Source: Candidatus Woesearchaeota archaeon (GTDB taxonomy: Archaea; Nanobdellota; Nanobdellia; Woesearchaeales; GW2011-AR9). From it: a DNA stretch of 47,259 nucleotides. Position numbers and translations under genes: made by a program. Under the pieces are notes generated by a model. The model was not told where the DNA came from. It did not search any database and worked only from the letters and a program-made list of their open reading frames with translations. Shown here in pieces: positions 43,094 to 47,259 of this stretch (its first letter is position 1; every line of letters begins with the position of its first letter). The stretch lies in assembly GCA_016179955.1 (NCBI GenBank), contig JACPCD010000006.1, positions 1 to 47,259 on the forward strand. Direction: 5' to 3'.

Positions 43094-44515
43094 GTGAGGT
43101 GGAGATTTTTCATTGCATTAGTTCTGCTGGTCTTATCTTCCTCTTTTGTACTCGCCCAGTCCACCATTGACGTTACTCCACTCGACTACCAAATAACTAC
43201 GGCTGAAGAAGCATCTTTTGAAGTTACCGTGAGCAATACGGAAAACGTTACCCGGGTGTATACACTCTATGGGTTGGATGCCGTCTGGGGCGTTGACGTG
43301 GCGGATAGAAAATTTTCTCTCAATCCCGAGCAGTCGAAGACGACCACGGTGCGCGTAAAACCTCTCGGCCCCTTCCAGCCGTCAACGTATGCCATTAAAT
43401 TGTATGTCGATGCCAGTACGCCGGGTGATACTGCTCCGGTCGAACGCTACCAGCGGGACTTGACGGTTGTCTTATACCCGGAGCAGCCCGTCGAATATCT
43501 TCCGTCCATTGGCGTTACCGTGGACGTGAATGAGAAAATCAGCCCCCGCAATCCGTTGTCCATCAAGCTCTTCCTGGAAAATCGCAATCCTTTGAATCTT
43601 GCGGGAATGACCGTGCGCATCGAGAGTGACATCCCTGAATTTGCCCAGGACGCAGTGGTAGATCTTCCGCCCCGGGAGCAGAAGACGGTAGAATTTTCCA
43701 TTACCCCTAATCCTTATCAGCAGCCTCGAGAGTATACGCTTTTCTTTGTCTTTGAACGGAATGGTGAAACCATCAAGGTGGTGGAGAAGAAGATAGAGAT
43801 ATTGCCGCTCCTTCCCGGATTTCGGGTAGAGCCAATTGAGGAAACTATTTTCTTGAAAAAATTTACCCAGGTTCGCATTACGAATGAAGGGAATGTCTTG
43901 AATACGCAGGACGTGAAAGTGCCCGTTTCCTTGCCTGCCGCTTTGTTTACCAGCGGAGTTGACGTAGGGAGTGAACAGGGCCGTTTTTACCTGCATTGGA
44001 GCCTAGCCCTGCGTCCGAATGAATCAACGACTATCGAGTACGTGACCAATTATCGCATCCTGCTGTACATCATAGTGCTGCTGGCGCTGTTTGGCCTCTT
44101 TTACTGGGCAGTACAGCCGCCGGTACAGGTGCGCAAGCATGCGGTGGCTGTAAAGGCAGGAGAAGATGGTACATTATCAGAACTTAAGGTTACTTTGGAA
44201 GTCCGCAACCGCAGCCGGAGGCAGTTGAAAAATATTGTCGTCACTGATATCGTGCCCAGCATTGCCAACGTGACCAAGAACCTGGAGTTAGGCACCTTAA
44301 AGCCGCTGGAGATCAAGGAAACCCACCGGGGAACCAAGATCAGCTGGTCTCTCCCGGAGTTGGACGGTCATGAACATAGGATCATTACGTATGCGCTGCG
44401 AACGAAATTAAACGTTTTGGGCGATTTTAGCCTGCCCCGGGCCACGATTGAATATGGCAAGCGCCGGGGAAAAGTAGGGAAGGCCTATTCCAACATCTTT
44501 CGTTTGAGTAGCTGA
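43094..44515 (+). CDS. secreted surface protein with beta-sandwich repeats and one near-C-terminal TM (COG1470-like)
   Basis: GTG start. Signal MRWRFFIALVLLVLSSSFVLAQS, repeated beta-rich modules, and TM ILLYIIVLLALFGLFYWAV followed by a further ~130 aa. Confidence 0.65.
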   Translation: MRWRFFIALVLLVLSSSFVLAQSTIDVTPLDYQITTAEEASFEVTVSNTENVTRVYTLYGLDAVWGVDVADRKFSLNPEQSKTTTVRVKPLGPFQPSTYAIKLYVDASTPGDTAPVERYQRDLTVVLYPEQPVEYLPSIGVTVDVNEKISPRNPLSIKLFLENRNPLNLAGMTVRIESDIPEFAQDAVVDLPPREQKTVEFSITPNPYQQPREYTLFFVFERNGETIKVVEKKIEILPLLPGFRVEPIEETIFLKKFTQVRITNEGNVLNTQDVKVPVSLPAALFTSGVDVGSEQGRFYLHWSLALRPNESTTIEYVTNYRILLYIIVLLALFGLFYWAVQPPVQVRKHAVAVKAGEDGTLSELKVTLEVRNRSRRQLKNIVVTDIVPSIANVTKNLELGTLKPLEIKETHRGTKISWSLPELDGHEHRIITYALRTKLNVLGDFSLPRATIEYGKRRGKVGKAYSNIFRLSS

Positions 44516-44534
44516 ATGTGATTGTTGCATCATA

Positions 44535-44548
44535 AAAACATTTATATA
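44535..44548 (+). promoter_or_regulatory. BRE/TATA promoter AAAACATTTATATA
   Basis: Identical 14-mer to 763-776 and 16269-16282, 37 nt upstream of the sepF ATG. Confidence 0.5.
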
Positions 44549-44584
44549 TGAGTTTGCGTATGTAGGGCACAGAGGGATTAAAAC

Positions 44585-44980
44585 ATGAAAGATTTTTTTT
44601 TACGCTTGCGAGAAAAATTTACTCAGCCGGTGGGGGAAGAGGGAGTTGAACCGCAAAATTACGTGGAAGTGACTTCCGGTTCGAAGGAAGAGAAGTCCAA
44701 GGTGGTCGTCCGTCCGTTCGTGATGGAAGAATTTGAGGATATCAAGGAAGTCTTGGACGTGATTCGGGAAGGTTCTACCATTGCCCTGATCAACATCAAG
44801 CCGCTGAAAGACAAGGACATCGTGGAACTGAAGCGGGCCATTTCTAAGTTACGGAAGACCTGTGAAGCTATTGAAGGCGACATTGCCGGCTTTGGCGAGG
44901 ATTATGTGGTTGCCGTTCCGTACTTTGCCAGCATTTACCGCAGTAAGGCGATGGCCGAGAAGGCGCAGCAGAAAGAATAA
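44585..44980 (+). CDS. sepF: cell division protein SepF (DUF552)
   Basis: VVVRPFVMEEFEDIKEVLDVIREGSTIALINIKPL...DIAGFGEDYVVAVP. Confidence 0.85.
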   Translation: MKDFFLRLREKFTQPVGEEGVEPQNYVEVTSGSKEEKSKVVVRPFVMEEFEDIKEVLDVIREGSTIALINIKPLKDKDIVELKRAISKLRKTCEAIEGDIAGFGEDYVVAVPYFASIYRSKAMAEKAQQKE

Positions 44981-45202
44981 ATTTTTTAGTGTGGTTTTGG
45001 TTTTCTGTTTATTTTTCGGATGTTAATTTATACCTCTTTTTTTTAATTTTCAATAGATTAAAAATAATCTAATATTACGAAATCTTCCTGGAAGACTGGG
45101 GTGTTGCGGCACGTTTAGGGTTTGGGCCAGTTTTTCTTCAATGGTCTTTTCCACTAAATTTTTCCAAAATTTTATAAACTATTATCATTCTGTCTCTGGT
45201 AC

Positions 45203-45371
45203 GCCACGGTGGCACAATCTGGTACTGCGCAGGATTGCTAGGTGCGCTGATGCGAACCACGATGAACATCAGTTCCGCGCAGAGATCCTGTCCCTCTGGG
45301 ATTCCCAGTTCAAATAGGGGCGGTTAAGGCAGTACGCCTTGAACGTCCGTGAGAAAGTCTGGGCCGTGGCG
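45203..45371 (+). tRNA. tRNA-Ser (anticodon GCT) with two introns (45241-45284 at 37/38; 45316-45358 at the T-loop/T-stem junction)
   Basis: The acceptor GCCACGG pairs with CCGTGGC, followed by G73. The D-arm is GCA/TGC with loop AATCTGGTA. The anticodon stem is CAGGA/TCCTG with loop TT-GCT-A[intron]A, and the variable arm is TCCCTCTGGGATT. The T-arm is CCCAG-TTCAAAT-[43 nt]-CTGGG. TATA TTTATAAA at 45171-45178 and a T9 run after the gene. Confidence 0.7.
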
Positions 45372-45436
45372 TTTTTTTTTCTTTTTCATTCAATTCCCTA
45401 TATATTCCCTATAACTATAAACTAGGTAGTGTACTA

Positions 45437-46346
45437 TCACGTTTTTAGTTCGCTTATAATGCCTCACTTTGGTGAGGCTATATGTATGAACTAACTTTTA
45501 AGAAAAGAGTGTGGATAGTTAAGCAATATTTGGGCGGTGTTTCCACTTCAAAAATTGCTTTAGCTCAGAATATAAGTTGTAGAACGGTGCAGAAATTAGC
45601 GAAGATTTATGCTCAAGATGGCTGGGATGCTCTTAAAGATCATAAGACGGGTCGTTCTGAGACTATTCTAAACGAGAGCGCGGTCATTATCATTCTTGAT
45701 CTGCGTAAGCGCTTTGGCTACGGCGCTTGCCATATTGAGCAAATCCTCAAACAAAAAGGATTTGCCATTTCGCACCGGCAAATCGAAAAAGTGCTGGTGC
45801 GAAATGACATGGTAAAGCCAAATATCAAGAAACAGAAGCCACGTAAATGGGTACGTTATGAACTTCCAAATCCTAACGACCTCTGGCATACTGATTGGTC
45901 ATTCGACCCATTCACGAATCAAAATGTAGCAGTATACATAGATGATAGAACACGTCTTATTACTTGCTTCGGCGTGTTTAAGAGAGCAACCGCAGAAAAT
46001 AGTGTTGCTCTCTTGTACTCAGGTATTGCTGAGTATGGCAAGCCAAAAGCAGTGATGACTGATCATGGTTCACAATATTATGCTAATCACCCTAATGCTG
46101 AGCAGGAAAAAACACTATTCAGATCTACGCTTGATATTTTAGGCATTAAACATTGTTTGGCTCGGGTCAACAGACCCCAAACGAATGGAAAAGTAGAGAG
46201 ATTCTTTCGGACTTACAAAGAAGAGTATACCATTGGCACATTCTCTTCTTTAGGGGATTATATTAAACATTATAATGAAGTGAGGCTCCATATGAGCCTC
46301 CATTATAAGACCCCTAAAGAAGTGTGGAGCGAATTAGTTTCGTGAT
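45437..46346 (+). mobile_element. IS481-like insertion sequence (boundaries tentative)
   Basis: Candidate imperfect inverted repeats are ATCACGTTTTTAGTTCGC (45437-45454) and GCGAATTAGTTTCGTGAT (46329-46346), matching at 13/18. I found no clear target-site duplication. Confidence 0.45.
45482..46345 (+). CDS. IS481-family DDE transposase (HTH plus rve integrase core)
   Basis: N-terminal HTH, then DLWHTDWS (D), VMTDHGSQY (D) and NRPQTNGKVERFFRTYKEE (E). Confidence 0.85.
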   Translation: MYELTFKKRVWIVKQYLGGVSTSKIALAQNISCRTVQKLAKIYAQDGWDALKDHKTGRSETILNESAVIIILDLRKRFGYGACHIEQILKQKGFAISHRQIEKVLVRNDMVKPNIKKQKPRKWVRYELPNPNDLWHTDWSFDPFTNQNVAVYIDDRTRLITCFGVFKRATAENSVALLYSGIAEYGKPKAVMTDHGSQYYANHPNAEQEKTLFRSTLDILGIKHCLARVNRPQTNGKVERFFRTYKEEYTIGTFSSLGDYIKHYNEVRLHMSLHYKTPKEVWSELVS

Positions 46347-46399
46347 GCGAACCAGTTTCGGGATAATAGAGTTAAATGCGGCGCGGTGGTTAGTTCAGC

Positions 46400-46534
46400 C
46401 TATTTAATTTCTTTCTCATACCCGCAATCCAGACACGCCTGCACCTTCTTCCCTTTGTACTCATAAATGTCAACATGAGAAGAGCCGCATTTAGCACATT
46501 TATATTTATCACCCGGTAAAGCAGTATGAACCAT
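46400..46534 (-). CDS. 44-aa zinc-ribbon protein (below ORF-track cutoff)
   Basis: My translation gives MVHTALPGDKYKCAKCGSSHVDIYEYKGKKVQACLDCGYEKEIK, with CxxC...CxxC. It starts 12 nt after the stop of the upstream GST-like gene. Confidence 0.5.
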   Translation of the reverse strand: MVHTALPGDKYKCAKCGSSHVDIYEYKGKKVQACLDCGYEKEIK

Positions 46535-46546
46535 GGTAAACTCAAA

Positions 46547-47194
46547 TCAGATGCTCCGAACACCTTTCTCATTCTCCGGCGGAAACATCCGGGCAATTTT
46601 CTCCTGCTCTAATAGTGTGTCCTGCCACTCTTTCCAGGCCCCAATATCCATCCCAAATGAAACGGTGCTTCGCAACAACGCTAACACTGCCGCATCTGCT
46701 GCGGAGAATCGGCGAATACAGAACTGCTGCGGGCCATAGAACTCTCTGATCCTATTTAAACGATAGGATATTTCTGCCTGCAGGTCTTTCTTCTGCTCAG
46801 GAGAGTATTGGAATACCCGGAACGATTTTCCTGACTTTTGCATCCGTTCGGCTATGCTCGGATTTTCCATATAGAAGGGCCCAAAATAAGATGCAATTTT
46901 ATTACATGCTTCCATAACGGTAAGAATTTTGATTCGTTCCCGTTCATTGCCCCCTAACATTTGGTACGTCGCCGTGTAATGCCGATCTAAATAATCGAGA
47001 GCGTGCAAACTATCACACAGAACAATATCTCCATACTGGACTACCGGAACGGTTTCAATTGGGGTCAAACGCAAAAATTCTGCTGATTTTTTTCCAAGGT
47101 CGACATTGACGTGTTCAAACGGCAGATCTTTCCAGATGAGCGCTGCGCGTACTCGGGCGGCGTACGGTGAACCGATACCATAGATAGTTATCAT
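46547..47194 (-). CDS. glutathione S-transferase-like (thioredoxin-fold N-domain) protein
   Basis: ITIYGIGSPYAARVRAAL...TVPVVQYGDIVLCDSLHALDYL is a typical GST N-terminal domain. Start MITIYG at 47194. Confidence 0.65.
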   Translation of the reverse strand: MITIYGIGSPYAARVRAALIWKDLPFEHVNVDLGKKSAEFLRLTPIETVPVVQYGDIVLCDSLHALDYLDRHYTATYQMLGGNERERIKILTVMEACNKIASYFGPFYMENPSIAERMQKSGKSFRVFQYSPEQKKDLQAEISYRLNRIREFYGPQQFCIRRFSAADAAVLALLRSTVSFGMDIGAWKEWQDTLLEQEKIARMFPPENEKGVRSI

Positions 47195-47259
47195 TGTTTT
47201 ACATTTGTAAAAAAGTGGCGGTGGCGTGATTTTCAATGTTCCCCCCAGGTCGAGGGCGA

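Noticed and set aside
45249-45260. 12-nt identity (TGATGCGAACCA) between the tRNA-Ser intron and the right flank of the IS element (about 46343-46354)
   Set aside because: A 12-mer match is expected by chance many times in a 47-kb window, and no extended similarity surrounds it.
46390-46596. 68-aa track ORF on the minus strand
   Set aside because: It is Arg-rich and motif-less. A different frame in the same interval gives a clean CxxC...CxxC zinc ribbon (46400-46534), which I prefer.
1-47259. Search for CRISPR arrays, rRNA genes, reverse transcriptase/DGR template-variable repeat pairs, inteins and in-frame recoding signals
   Set aside because: I saw no regularly spaced direct repeats, no rRNA-like sequence, no RT-like ORF and no split or interrupted conserved genes. 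A by-eye scan cannot exclude short or diverged TR/VR pairs within the large surface-protein genes.

Overview
This is an archaeal chromosome fragment whose gene content suggests a reduced, DPANN-like genome. Archaeal markers include the Sm/L37e operon, class I LysRS, archaeal-type uS2, RadB, a NOG1-type GTPase, Taw3, TrmI, AMP phosphorylase and SepF. Many genes have a consensus BRE/TATA box (AAAACATTTATA) 23-35 nt upstream of the ATG, so many starts look leaderless. About 60 protein genes are densely packed on both strands, often with 1-4 nt overlaps. There are two type II tRNA genes (Leu-TAG and Ser-GCT). I read each as carrying two introns: one canonical 37/38 intron and one non-canonical intron in the T-arm. 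I saw no rRNA and no CRISPR array. Accessory content includes a PIN/UPF0175 TA cassette flanked by 36-bp direct repeats, a wHTH-MNT/HEPN pair, a DinD-like plus Cas4-like nuclease pair, an IS481-like transposase next to tRNA-Ser, and a membrane-anchored class III cyclase. It also includes a YafK-type L,D-transpeptidase, an orphan secretion-type ATPase and several surface-protein operons. The best sequence-supported novelty is a class I LysRS fused to a C-terminal B3/4 (PheRS-beta-like) domain, with an in-frame fossil of the ancestral lysK 3' end right after the new stop codon. Other candidates for undescribed systems are a three-gene surface operon (TctA-like permease, pilin-signal Ig-domain protein, 702-aa secreted protein), a triplet of paralogous membrane proteins next to a COG1470-like surface protein and SepF, and the DinD-like/nuclease pair. 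All functional calls come from motif recognition by eye, not from database searches.
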